Below are positions 1 through 8,829 of a stretch of DNA of 64,000 nucleotides, in pieces. The stretch covers positions 1 to 64,000 of the forward strand of contig CALKEP010000056.1 in assembly GCA_938084645.1 (NCBI GenBank). Direction: 5' to 3'. The stretch is from an uncultured Phycisphaerales bacterium. Lineage in GTDB: Bacteria > Planctomycetota > Phycisphaerae > Phycisphaerales > SM1A02. The first letter of the stretch is position 1, and each line of letters begins with the position of its first letter. The notes beneath the pieces are model-generated. The model did no database searches. It saw only the letters and a list, made by a program, of their open reading frames with translations, and had not been told where the DNA came from. The position numbers and the translations under genes are program-made.

Positions 1-639
1 ACGGCGGTCCGGAATCTCGCCAACGAGGGCATTCGGGACGGTGTTCATCGCACCGGCGATGTGATGTTCGACGCGACGAAGGCCGCCACCAGGATCGCGA
101 ACGAACGAAGCGATGTCCGTGAACGGACCGGCATCACGGCCGACGCCTATGTCCTCGCCACGATCCACCGACCTGCAAGCACCGACGACCGCGAGACGCT
201 GGAGCGGATCATCAATGGCCTTCAGATGGTCGCGGGCGAGCTGCCGGTGATCCTGCCGCTGCATCCACGCACGCGTGCCGCCCTCGATCGATTCGGGCTC
301 CTTGAATCCGCGGCTGCACACCTCAGGCTCATCGATCCGGTCGGGTACCTCGACATGACGAGCCTCGAGGCGGCCGCCGCTGTGATCGCCACCGATTCCG
401 GAGGCGTGCAGAAGGAAGCCTTCTTCCATGGAGTCCCCTGCGTCACGATGCGCAGCGAGACGGAGTGGGTCGAACTGGTCGAACTCGGATGGAACACCCT
501 GGTCGATCCCAGCACCACCGATCCCGGCGCGGTGATTCTCTCCCGCATCGGGCATACCGGGCGTGCAGGAACGCCCTACGGCGACGGCCATGCGGCCGAC
601 GCCATTGCCGGCGTCATCGCATCGTCACTTGATGGATGA
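1..639 (+). CDS. wecB: Non-hydrolysing UDP-GlcNAc 2-epimerase family (WecB/WbpI/WlbD-like), 5' truncated by window edge
   Basis: Frame is open from base 1 (TAVRNLANEGI..TGDVMFD); motifs ATIHR, PLHPRT, TDSGGVQKEA, TEWVELVE. Confidence 0.9.
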   Translation, partial: TAVRNLANEGIRDGVHRTGDVMFDATKAATRIANERSDVRERTGITADAYVLATIHRPASTDDRETLERIINGLQMVAGELPVILPLHPRTRAALDRFGLLESAAAHLRLIDPVGYLDMTSLEAAAAVIATDSGGVQKEAFFHGVPCVTMRSETEWVELVELGWNTLVDPSTTDPGAVILSRIGHTGRAGTPYGDGHAADAIAGVIASSLDG

Positions 640-1731
640 CGCGGTCGGGTTCCGCCCCGAGACGATCGATTCGAAGAAGTCGAGACGGCGCCGCTCGATC
701 ACCGAATGATCGAAACGCTTCTTGGCGAACTGCCATGCCGAGCGCCTGCACGCCGCTTCTCCGTGGATCCGCCGAATGAAATGCCGCGCCTGCTCCACCG
801 CATTCCCCGTCGCCCAGTCGGCATCCCTGATTCGCAATGCGAAGGACTCTCGGCCCTCGATATCCGGATCCTCGTAGCCGTAGATGAGTGGCAGTCCTGC
901 CGCGAGACACGTCCTCGACTTGAGTGGGCATGCCTGTTCCATTCCGTTTCGCGATATGGCGAGACTCCCCACTGCCACGGTGGCTTGATTGAGGATCTCC
1001 GCCAGCGCGTCATCCGTCTTCGCGGGCTCCGTCCGAATCAACGGAGACAGGGCGGGCCCCTCGTCCGCGAGGTCACCGCACACCACGAATTCGAATTCCG
1101 GGAGCGCCTCCGCCAGCGATGAGAGACGGTCGAGTCCGTGCCAGGGCGCGGCGCTTCCGAGCAGCATCAGGACCATGGGACGGGCCTTCCGATCGATCCA
1201 CTCCGGGGGTGATTCGGGAACGGACGCCCCATTGGTGATGACGCACCCGGGCACGCCATTGGGGCGGGTCCGCTCCAGGAGCTCCCCGGTGACGGCGACG
1301 ATTCCCGCGGCGCGTCGCCGAACACCCGGCGCGGTCAGGTTCCAGAAGACCGACGCAGGGCGAGAACGCGATCGCAGTTCCCGCCCACGGTCGGAGTTCA
1401 CCTCGATCACCACCCGAGAGTCGTCGAAGATTGATTTCAGACCCGGACTCCAGACGAGCTCCCTGGTGTAGACCAGGTCCGCATCGATCTCCGCCAATGC
1501 CCGTCGGGCCCTCTTCGCTCGACGGTGCATCTCGAGCACCCAACCGGCGCGGAATCGAGGACGGAACGGATCTCCCGTGTGGAGCTCCGTGGCGCCGACG
1601 CGACCCGTGGACAGGTCGATGAAGTCCGCATCGATGCCGAGCCGGCGCCACGTCTCCACGGTGCGGATCACCTTCTGCGGCACGCCTCGCCCCGCGGGGC
1701 CAGGCTCGGATACGACGTGGAGGACTCTCAT
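625..1731 (-). CDS. Glycosyltransferase, GT4-like
   Basis: MRVLHVV N-terminus, PWHGLDRL, CPLKSRTCLAAGLP; start placed at ATG 1731; 3' end overlaps the epimerase gene by 15 nt. Confidence 0.75.
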   Translation of the reverse strand: MRVLHVVSEPGPAGRGVPQKVIRTVETWRRLGIDADFIDLSTGRVGATELHTGDPFRPRFRAGWVLEMHRRAKRARRALAEIDADLVYTRELVWSPGLKSIFDDSRVVIEVNSDRGRELRSRSRPASVFWNLTAPGVRRRAAGIVAVTGELLERTRPNGVPGCVITNGASVPESPPEWIDRKARPMVLMLLGSAAPWHGLDRLSSLAEALPEFEFVVCGDLADEGPALSPLIRTEPAKTDDALAEILNQATVAVGSLAISRNGMEQACPLKSRTCLAAGLPLIYGYEDPDIEGRESFALRIRDADWATGNAVEQARHFIRRIHGEAACRRSAWQFAKKRFDHSVIERRRLDFFESIVSGRNPTASSIK

Positions 1732-1821
1732 CGATGGTTCGAAGCGTACCGAGTCACCGTGTCGATCGAAGTGACGTCGTCGCGAAAACCGCAATCCCCG
1801 TCCTCCGGGATCGTTCCCGAT

Positions 1822-3063
1822 TCAATCGGGGACCACCAGGAATTCCGGCACGTGTCGATGCAGCGCGTCCATCGCGACGTTCGAGGAACCTTCCTCGCTG
1901 AAGCGAACTCGAGCCGCCTCGCGGAGCCGTTCACCCTCGTCGACGACGCGCCGGATCGCGGCCGCCGCGATCGCGGCGTCGACCTCCACCGGAAGCAGCG
2001 CCCCGACCGAATCGTCGACCATCTCCCCCGTTCCACCCGCCGCGGTCGCGACCACGGGAACGCCCATGGCGAGGGCCTCCATGATGCTGAGCGGCACGCC
2101 TTCCGACGACGACAGGTTCACGAAGCAGTTCGGCTGCCGATCACGATGGAATCGGTAGATGGCCTCGCGAGGAAGCCAGCCCGGAAGCTCCAGTTCGAGG
2201 TTCGCCGGACCGCCCGCGATCGCGGCTCGAATCTGCTCCTCTCCCCCGCCCAGGTGAACCCACCGCCAGGAACGACCCGGATCCTCGGCGGAGGCCTTCG
2301 CGATCGATGCGGCCACCAGCGGCAACCGCTTGACGACGGCCGCGGTCGAGCAGGAAGCGATGACCACCTCCGCGCGTTCGGACCAGGGCCGCGGTTCAAA
2401 GGGCGGCTCGACGCCGAGTGGTGCGACCGAAACGCGTTCGGGGTCGATCGGCATGCTGCGGATCAGATGATCCGCAGCCTCCCGCGATGACGGGAGCAGG
2501 CGATGGGCGGACTCGGCGAGTTCGTTGCGAAACGGCAGATAGCCATTCGGATTCTCCGCCTCCCACACATCGAAACGGTGGGATCGGGCGACGAACATGA
2601 TCGACGGATCCCGACGTGCCGCCAGGGCCATCCCGAAGGCCTCCGCGTTCGACCAGAACGCCATCACCCTGCGGACGGGGTCACCGGACCGCCTCGCCGC
2701 CTCGACCCAGGCGAGCAACCTGCCTGCCCGATAGAGGTAGCCGACGAATCGGAGGGTCGAACGGGCGGATCCCAGAATGCCGGGGCGCGACTTCAGTTCT
2801 CGACAAGCCGCCCCGATCAGGGACGACAGCACCGCGGGACGGAGGAGGGCTCCGGGCCCACGCTCGGCGAGCGTCACGTCCAGCTCGACACCCTCCGGAA
2901 GGGGGCGGGGCGGCCCGCCTCCGGTCTTGAAGGCTGGAAGGACGACGAGCGGCCCCGTTCGAGCGAGTCTCGCCACTTCATCCTCGATGAAAGCCTCGCC
3001 GTTCCCGAACGGATAGTCCCGGACGACGAGGACGATCGAACGACGACGCGGTTTCGAATTCAT
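1822..3063 (-). CDS. Glycosyltransferase family 4
   Basis: YPFGNGEAFIEDE N-terminal motif; NLSSSEGVPLSIMEALAMGVPVVAT (EX7E). Confidence 0.88.
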   Translation of the reverse strand: MNSKPRRRSIVLVVRDYPFGNGEAFIEDEVARLARTGPLVVLPAFKTGGGPPRPLPEGVELDVTLAERGPGALLRPAVLSSLIGAACRELKSRPGILGSARSTLRFVGYLYRAGRLLAWVEAARRSGDPVRRVMAFWSNAEAFGMALAARRDPSIMFVARSHRFDVWEAENPNGYLPFRNELAESAHRLLPSSREAADHLIRSMPIDPERVSVAPLGVEPPFEPRPWSERAEVVIASCSTAAVVKRLPLVAASIAKASAEDPGRSWRWVHLGGGEEQIRAAIAGGPANLELELPGWLPREAIYRFHRDRQPNCFVNLSSSEGVPLSIMEALAMGVPVVATAAGGTGEMVDDSVGALLPVEVDAAIAAAAIRRVVDEGERLREAARVRFSEEGSSNVAMDALHRHVPEFLVVPD

Positions 3064-3292
3064 TGCTTCCGGGGCTGTTCGAGGATGAGGAAGACGGCGA
3101 TCCGCCGCGAGAGGTTGACGCTTCGGCACCATAACACCCGGCCTGCCGGAGCAACGCGTCCCGGCCGGAATCGACCGCTTCGTCCGCGGGAATGCGACGA
3201 ACTTCGGCCTTCGTATGATGTTCGCAGGTGGGACGTTTCCACGAAATCGCACGACGTCGCCTCGTGTACCACCACCCGGAGCCGCCCCTTCG

Positions 3293-4534
3293 ATGCATCT
3301 CCTTCTCGTGAACCACTACGCAGGTAGCCCGGAACATGGGATGGAGTTCCGTCCTCATCAGTTCGCGAAGAACTGGGTGAAGGCCGGACACGACGTCACG
3401 ATCCTCGCAGGTTCCTACAGCCATCTTCGGAATCTGAATCCCACCGTCTCGGGGCGGGTCACGGAAGAGACCATCGACGGCATTCGCTATCGATGGCTCC
3501 GGACCCCCCGCTACTCCGGCAACGGCCTCCGCAGGATCCGCTCCATCCACGCGTTCGTGAAGGCGGTCGATCGGGAGCGGCGAGCGCACCTCCGCGAGAT
3601 GCGGATCGATGCGGTGATCGCCTCGTCGACCTATCCGTTCGACATCGATCCCTGCCGACGGATCGCCCGGGAGCACGACGCCACCCTCGTCTGGGAGGTT
3701 CACGATCTCTGGCCGCTGTCTCCGATCGAGATCTCCGGATACTCGCCCCGTCATCCACTGATTCGAGTGACGCAGCGCGCGGAGGACCGATGTTGCCGGG
3801 ACGCCGACCTCGCGGTGACGATCCTGCCGAAGGCGATCGAGCATCTACGAACTCGAGGACTCGATCCGGATGCCTGCATCTGCATCCCGAACGGGGCGGA
3901 GGCGCCCGGAACGGCGACCGACCACGCTCCCGCGGAGGCCGTCCGCCGGATGCGGTCCGAAGGACGATTCACCATCGTCCACGCCGGAGGGCACGGCGAC
4001 TATCACGGGCTTGACACGTTGATTCGGGCGATGGATGCGCTTCCGTCGGGTCGATTCGGCCTCGTGACGATCGGAGAGGGCGCGGCGAAGGATCGTCTGC
4101 GATCACTCGCCGACGGACTCGCAAACGTCCATGCCCGATTCATCGACCGCGTCGATCGAGCGTCCGCCCTTTCCGCGATGACCGAAGGGGACGCGGTGTA
4201 TGCGGGGCTTCGCGGGCATTCCATCTATCGCTTCGGCATCGGCTTGAACAAGATCTACGACGCCATGCTGTGCGGCCGTCCGATCATCGGGTCCTACACC
4301 GCGGGGAACGACCCCGTCACCGAAGCCGACTGCGGCATCCGGGTCGACGCCGACGATCCCCCCGCCCTCGCGAAGGCGATCGATCGACTCGCGTCGCTCG
4401 ACCCGGATCGCAGGAACGAAATGGGGGAGAACGGGCGACGTCATGTGCTCGAGCACCACGACTTCGAGTCGCTGGCCGGCCGCCTGATGGAAGCGATCGC
4501 GACGCGGCATGCGCGGTCGGGAAGCACCGCATGA
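3293..4534 (+). CDS. Glycosyltransferase family 4 (WbuB/WlbE-like)
   Basis: MHLLLVNHYAGSPEHGMEFRP, EVHDLWP, NKIYDAMLCGRPII. Confidence 0.88.
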   Translation: MHLLLVNHYAGSPEHGMEFRPHQFAKNWVKAGHDVTILAGSYSHLRNLNPTVSGRVTEETIDGIRYRWLRTPRYSGNGLRRIRSIHAFVKAVDRERRAHLREMRIDAVIASSTYPFDIDPCRRIAREHDATLVWEVHDLWPLSPIEISGYSPRHPLIRVTQRAEDRCCRDADLAVTILPKAIEHLRTRGLDPDACICIPNGAEAPGTATDHAPAEAVRRMRSEGRFTIVHAGGHGDYHGLDTLIRAMDALPSGRFGLVTIGEGAAKDRLRSLADGLANVHARFIDRVDRASALSAMTEGDAVYAGLRGHSIYRFGIGLNKIYDAMLCGRPIIGSYTAGNDPVTEADCGIRVDADDPPALAKAIDRLASLDPDRRNEMGENGRRHVLEHHDFESLAGRLMEAIATRHARSGSTA

Positions 4535-5235
4535 AGCCGCGGAACGAAACGGAGCTCGAACGGATGACCCGCGCATACCAGCGACGTGTCGACGGCCCGG
4601 ACTCCCTTCCCGTCGAGCGGATACGACTGGACCGGGAACGCCACTATGCGGCGTTCCTCGATTCTCCCGGCCTCCCGGCCCGCTCGGATCTGCGGGTTCT
4701 CGAAGTCGGCTGCGGAAGCGGGGGCGAGCTGCACCGACTGATCGGCCTGGGCCTGGAGCCGGAGAATCTCGAGGGCATCGACCTGCTCGAGGACCGCATC
4801 TCCGCCGCCCGCAAGTCGCTACCCGACGAAGTCGGACTTCGGTGCGGCGACGCGACTCGAATGGAATTCGATGACGATCGTTTCGACGTGGTGTTCACCA
4901 GCCTCGTCTTCACCTCCATCCTCTCCGACGAGATTCAGGCCCGGCTCGCCCGCGAGATGATGCGCGTCGTGCGACCGGCGGGAATCATTCTCTGGTACGA
5001 CTTCCTCTACGACAATCCTCGGAACGCGGACGTCCGGGGGGTTCCGATCCATCGCATCCAGAACCTCTTCCCCGACATGGAGATTTCGGTCCGGCGGACG
5101 ACGCTCGCGCCTCCGATCGCTCGAGTCGCGACTCGATTCGGCGTGCCGATCTACCGGTTGCTCCATCTGATTCCGATGCTGCGAAGCCATGTCGTTGCCG
5201 CGATTCGATCGCACCCGCCGAGCGACCGGACATGA
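4531..5235 (+). CDS. Class I SAM-dependent methyltransferase
   Basis: VLEVGCGSG motif I, FDDDRFDVV; ATGA overlaps with both neighbours. Confidence 0.85.
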   Translation: MKPRNETELERMTRAYQRRVDGPDSLPVERIRLDRERHYAAFLDSPGLPARSDLRVLEVGCGSGGELHRLIGLGLEPENLEGIDLLEDRISAARKSLPDEVGLRCGDATRMEFDDDRFDVVFTSLVFTSILSDEIQARLAREMMRVVRPAGIILWYDFLYDNPRNADVRGVPIHRIQNLFPDMEISVRRTTLAPPIARVATRFGVPIYRLLHLIPMLRSHVVAAIRSHPPSDRT

Positions 5236-5864
5236 AACGATGCTTCGACATCTCGGTGGCCACGACCGCGATCCTCGTGCTTGCGCCCCTGCTGCTCTGC
5301 ATCGCCGTCCTGGTCGCGACCACCAGCCCGGGGGGACCCTTCTTCCGCCAGACGAGGGTCGGCCGCGCTCGGCGCCCCTTTCGAATCCTCAAGTTCCGGA
5401 CCATGACGGTGCGCCCCGATGCTGCGAACGGATCATTCGACGCGGGCGACCGATCCCGGGTGACCCGCGTCGGAGGCTTTCTCCGCAGGACCAAGCTGGA
5501 CGAACTCCCTCAACTCTGGAATGTCCTGGTCGGCGAGATGAGCCTCGTCGGCCCACGGCCGGAGGTCCCGAAATGGACCGAGGTGCATCGGGACCGATGG
5601 GACCGGGTGCTCACGGTCCGGCCGGGCCTCACCGATCCCGCGTCGATCCGATTCCGCGATGAGGAATCCATCCTCGCCGCTGCTCCTGATCCGGATTCGG
5701 CGTATCGCGAGGAGATTCTTCCTCGGAAGCTGAAACTCGCCGAACAGTACGTTCAAGATCGATCATTCCTCGGGGACCTGATGCTGCTATTTGCGACCGC
5801 TGGGGCGGTTCTGGGCCCGCGGACTGGATCCCGGGCTCCCGATGGGGGAGAATCCTCGCAATGA
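5232..5864 (+). CDS. Bacterial sugar transferase / phosphoglycosyl transferase (WlbG/PglC-like)
   Basis: MKRCFD, KFRTM, KLDELPQLWNVLVGEMSLVGPRP. Confidence 0.92.
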   Translation: MKRCFDISVATTAILVLAPLLLCIAVLVATTSPGGPFFRQTRVGRARRPFRILKFRTMTVRPDAANGSFDAGDRSRVTRVGGFLRRTKLDELPQLWNVLVGEMSLVGPRPEVPKWTEVHRDRWDRVLTVRPGLTDPASIRFRDEESILAAAPDPDSAYREEILPRKLKLAEQYVQDRSFLGDLMLLFATAGAVLGPRTGSRAPDGGESSQ

Positions 5865-7051
5865 ACGTCCCCTTCTTCCGCGTCGATGCGAGCGGAAACG
5901 AACTTCGATACGTCCGTGAAGTGCTGGAGAGCGGCTGGCTGACCAGTGGCGGCCGGGTCCTCGACTTCGAGGCGGCTTTCGCGGAGGCCACCGGTGCGAA
6001 GCACGCCATCGCCGTCAACTCCTGCACGGCAGCCCTGCACCTCGCGTGCGAGGCTGCGGGAATCGGTCCGGGATCGGAGGTCCTGGTTCCCAGCGTGACG
6101 TTCACCGCCACCGCCGAAGTCGTCGAGTACCTCGGCGGACTCGTCCGGATCGCCGACGTCGATCCCACCACCGGCCTGTTGACCCCCGACATCGTCGAGA
6201 CGGCCCTCGACGCTCATCCGGGCATCGACTGCATCATTCCCGTGCATCTGACCGGCGCCGCCTGCCGACTGCGTGGCACCCCCGGATCACCGGGAATCAT
6301 CGACGTCTGCGAGAAGCGCGGCGTCAAGGTGATCGAGGACGCCGCACACGCCTTCCCAGCCCTGCATGTGGATGGAACCCCCGTCGGAGGCGCGGTGGGG
6401 TCGGTCGCCTGCTGCTTCAGTTTCTATGCGAACAAGACGATCACGACGGGCGAAGGCGGGATGGTCACCACCGACGACGACGAGATCGCGTCGCGGATCC
6501 GTCGCATGCGACTCCATGGAATCGACCGGTCCGCGTGGGACCGACACACCCGGGTCGGCGCCGCGTGGGAGTACGACGTCGTCGCCCCGGGGTACAAGTA
6601 CAACCTGACCGACGTCGCCGCCGCGATCGGTCTGGCCCAGCTCGAACGGTCCGAAGAGAGCCGGGATGCGAGGCGCCGGATCGCCACCAGATATCACGAA
6701 CGCCTCGGGCACCTGAACGAGCTGACGCTTCCCGCGTTGGAGCAGCGGCCCGATTCACATGCCTGGCATCTGTTCGTGATCCACCTCCATCCCGAGTCGG
6801 GACTTGACCGCAACGACTTCGCGAACGAACTCGCGGCATCGGGAATCGGAACCAGCGTCCACTACAAACCGCTCCACCTCATGTCGGTTTGGCGGAAACT
6901 CGCCCGGATTCCCGAGGGCGGCTGTCCCCACTCCGATGCCTGGTTCGCCGGATGCCTGTCCCTCCCGCTGTTTCCTTCCATGACCCCGGCGGAGATCGAG
7001 ACGGTGGCCGACACGGTCGAGCGGACCTGCAGTCGCCAGCCCGCCGGTTGA
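5861..7051 (+). CDS. DegT/DnrJ/EryC1/StrS sugar aminotransferase (WlbF-like)
   Basis: NSCTAALHL, IEDAAHA, FSFYANKTITTGEGGM, PGYKYNLTD. Confidence 0.92.
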   Translation: MNVPFFRVDASGNELRYVREVLESGWLTSGGRVLDFEAAFAEATGAKHAIAVNSCTAALHLACEAAGIGPGSEVLVPSVTFTATAEVVEYLGGLVRIADVDPTTGLLTPDIVETALDAHPGIDCIIPVHLTGAACRLRGTPGSPGIIDVCEKRGVKVIEDAAHAFPALHVDGTPVGGAVGSVACCFSFYANKTITTGEGGMVTTDDDEIASRIRRMRLHGIDRSAWDRHTRVGAAWEYDVVAPGYKYNLTDVAAAIGLAQLERSEESRDARRRIATRYHERLGHLNELTLPALEQRPDSHAWHLFVIHLHPESGLDRNDFANELAASGIGTSVHYKPLHLMSVWRKLARIPEGGCPHSDAWFAGCLSLPLFPSMTPAEIETVADTVERTCSRQPAG

Positions 7052-7137
7052 CCCGGAATCGGCCGGAATCCGATAGACTCCGGAATCCGCCCCTCGGGGC
7101 GTCGACGCCGACGTTTGATCGCGGAAAGGGCTCTGAA

Positions 7138-8202
7138 TTGATCGGAAGGCAAGCAGAATCGATCCAAGGCCGACGGATCCGAATCGGCGTGGCCGGCTGT
7201 GGCCGGATCGCGAAGAATCACTTCCGAGCCATCGCGGAGCTTGCCGACGATCTGGAGCTGGCCGGCGTCTGTGACACCGACCCGGCGCGGCTCGAGCAGG
7301 ACTTCATTCCCGAAGCCACGCCGCGTCATGCGACCCTGCCCGAGATGCTCGCCGCGACGGAGCCCGACATCGTCGCGATCTGCACGCCCAGCGGCATGCA
7401 CCCCCGACAGACCATCGAGACCGCGGCCGCCGGCGTCCACGTGATGACGGAGAAGCCGATGGCCACCCGGTGGCGGGACGGCCTCCGGATGGTGGAGGCG
7501 TGCGACGACGCCGGCGTCCGGCTGTTCGTGGTGAAGCAGAACCGTTTCAACGCCACGCTCCAGCTTCTTCGCCGCGCGATCCTCGAAGGCCGGTTCGGTC
7601 GCATCTACATGGCCAACGTCAACGTCTTCTGGACGCGGCCGCAGGCGTACTACGACACCGATCGATGGCGCGGCACCTGGGAACTCGACGGCGGCGCGTT
7701 CATGAATCAGGCCAGCCACTACGTGGACCTGCTCGACTGGCTCATCGGCCCGATCGACCAGGTCCACGCGATGACCGCCACCCTCGCCAGGGACATCCAG
7801 GTCGAGGACACCGGCGTGATGAACGTCCGTTGGCGGAACGGCGCGCTGGGATCGGTCGCGGTCACCATGCTCACCTATCCGAAGAATCTCGAAGGATCGC
7901 TGACCATCCTCGGCGAGCATGGAACGGTCCGAATCGGAGGCGTCGCGGTCAACGAGATCCAGACGTGGGATTTCGCCGACGAGCGGGACTACGACGAGGA
8001 CGTGCGGAACGCGAACTACGAAACGACCTCCGTCTACGGGTATGGTCACCCTCGGTACTACCGCAACGTGATCGACGTCCTTCGCGGGAAGTGCCCCGCC
8101 GAGACCGACGGCCGCGAGGGCCTGAAGAGCCTCGAGGTGCTCATCGCGGCCTATCTCTCGGCCCGAGACGGGCGAATGGTGAACCTCCCCCTCGAGTATT
8201 GA
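7138..8202 (+). CDS. Gfo/Idh/MocA oxidoreductase, UDP-GlcNAcA 3-dehydrogenase (WlbA/WbpB-like)
   Basis: GCGRIAKNH, TEKPMATRW, DGGAFMNQASHYVD; TTG start after GGAAAGGG is inferred. Confidence 0.88.
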   Translation: MIGRQAESIQGRRIRIGVAGCGRIAKNHFRAIAELADDLELAGVCDTDPARLEQDFIPEATPRHATLPEMLAATEPDIVAICTPSGMHPRQTIETAAAGVHVMTEKPMATRWRDGLRMVEACDDAGVRLFVVKQNRFNATLQLLRRAILEGRFGRIYMANVNVFWTRPQAYYDTDRWRGTWELDGGAFMNQASHYVDLLDWLIGPIDQVHAMTATLARDIQVEDTGVMNVRWRNGALGSVAVTMLTYPKNLEGSLTILGEHGTVRIGGVAVNEIQTWDFADERDYDEDVRNANYETTSVYGYGHPRYYRNVIDVLRGKCPAETDGREGLKSLEVLIAAYLSARDGRMVNLPLEY

Positions 8203-8217
8203 ACGGAAGGAGTTCGG

Positions 8218-8808
8218 ATGACCGCCGCCGCGGACGAACCCATGATCCACGAGACCGCGATCGTCGACGACGGTGCGCGAATCGGCGCCGGCAGCCGCGT
8301 CTGGCACTTCGTCCACGTATGCAGTGGCGCCGTCATCGGCCGGGGCTGCTCGCTCGGGCAGAACGTCTTCGTCGGGAACAAGGTCTCGATCGGCGACAAC
8401 GTCAAGATCCAGAACAACGTCTCGGTCTACGACAACGTGACGCTGGAAGACGACGTCTTCTGCGGGCCGAGCATGGTCTTCACCAACGTCTACAATCCCC
8501 GCTCGGCGGTCTCGCGAAAGGACGAATATCGCGATACGAACGTTCGCCGCGGCGCCACGCTCGGCGCCAACTGCACGATCGTCTGCGGGGTCGAGGTCGG
8601 CGAGAACGCATTCGTGGGGGCCGGTGCGGTGATCAACCGCGATGTCCCCGCACACGCCCTGATGGTCGGTGTCCCCGCCCGCCAGGTCGGCTGGATGAGC
8701 GCCGCGGGCGAGCGACTCGATCTGCCGCTGGAGGGCGACGGCGAGACCGCCTGCCCCTTGACCGGTGATCTCTACCGAATCGAGCAGGGAAGACTCATCG
8801 CCCTCTGA
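8218..8808 (+). CDS. Hexapeptide-repeat N-acetyltransferase (WlbB/WbpD-like)
   Basis: [35 protein letters not shown]. Confidence 0.92.
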   Translation: MTAAADEPMIHETAIVDDGARIGAGSRVWHFVHVCSGAVIGRGCSLGQNVFVGNKVSIGDNVKIQNNVSVYDNVTLEDDVFCGPSMVFTNVYNPRSAVSRKDEYRDTNVRRGATLGANCTIVCGVEVGENAFVGAGAVINRDVPAHALMVGVPARQVGWMSAAGERLDLPLEGDGETACPLTGDLYRIEQGRLIAL

Positions 8809-8829
8809 GCCGCGTCGAGCAATGAATCC

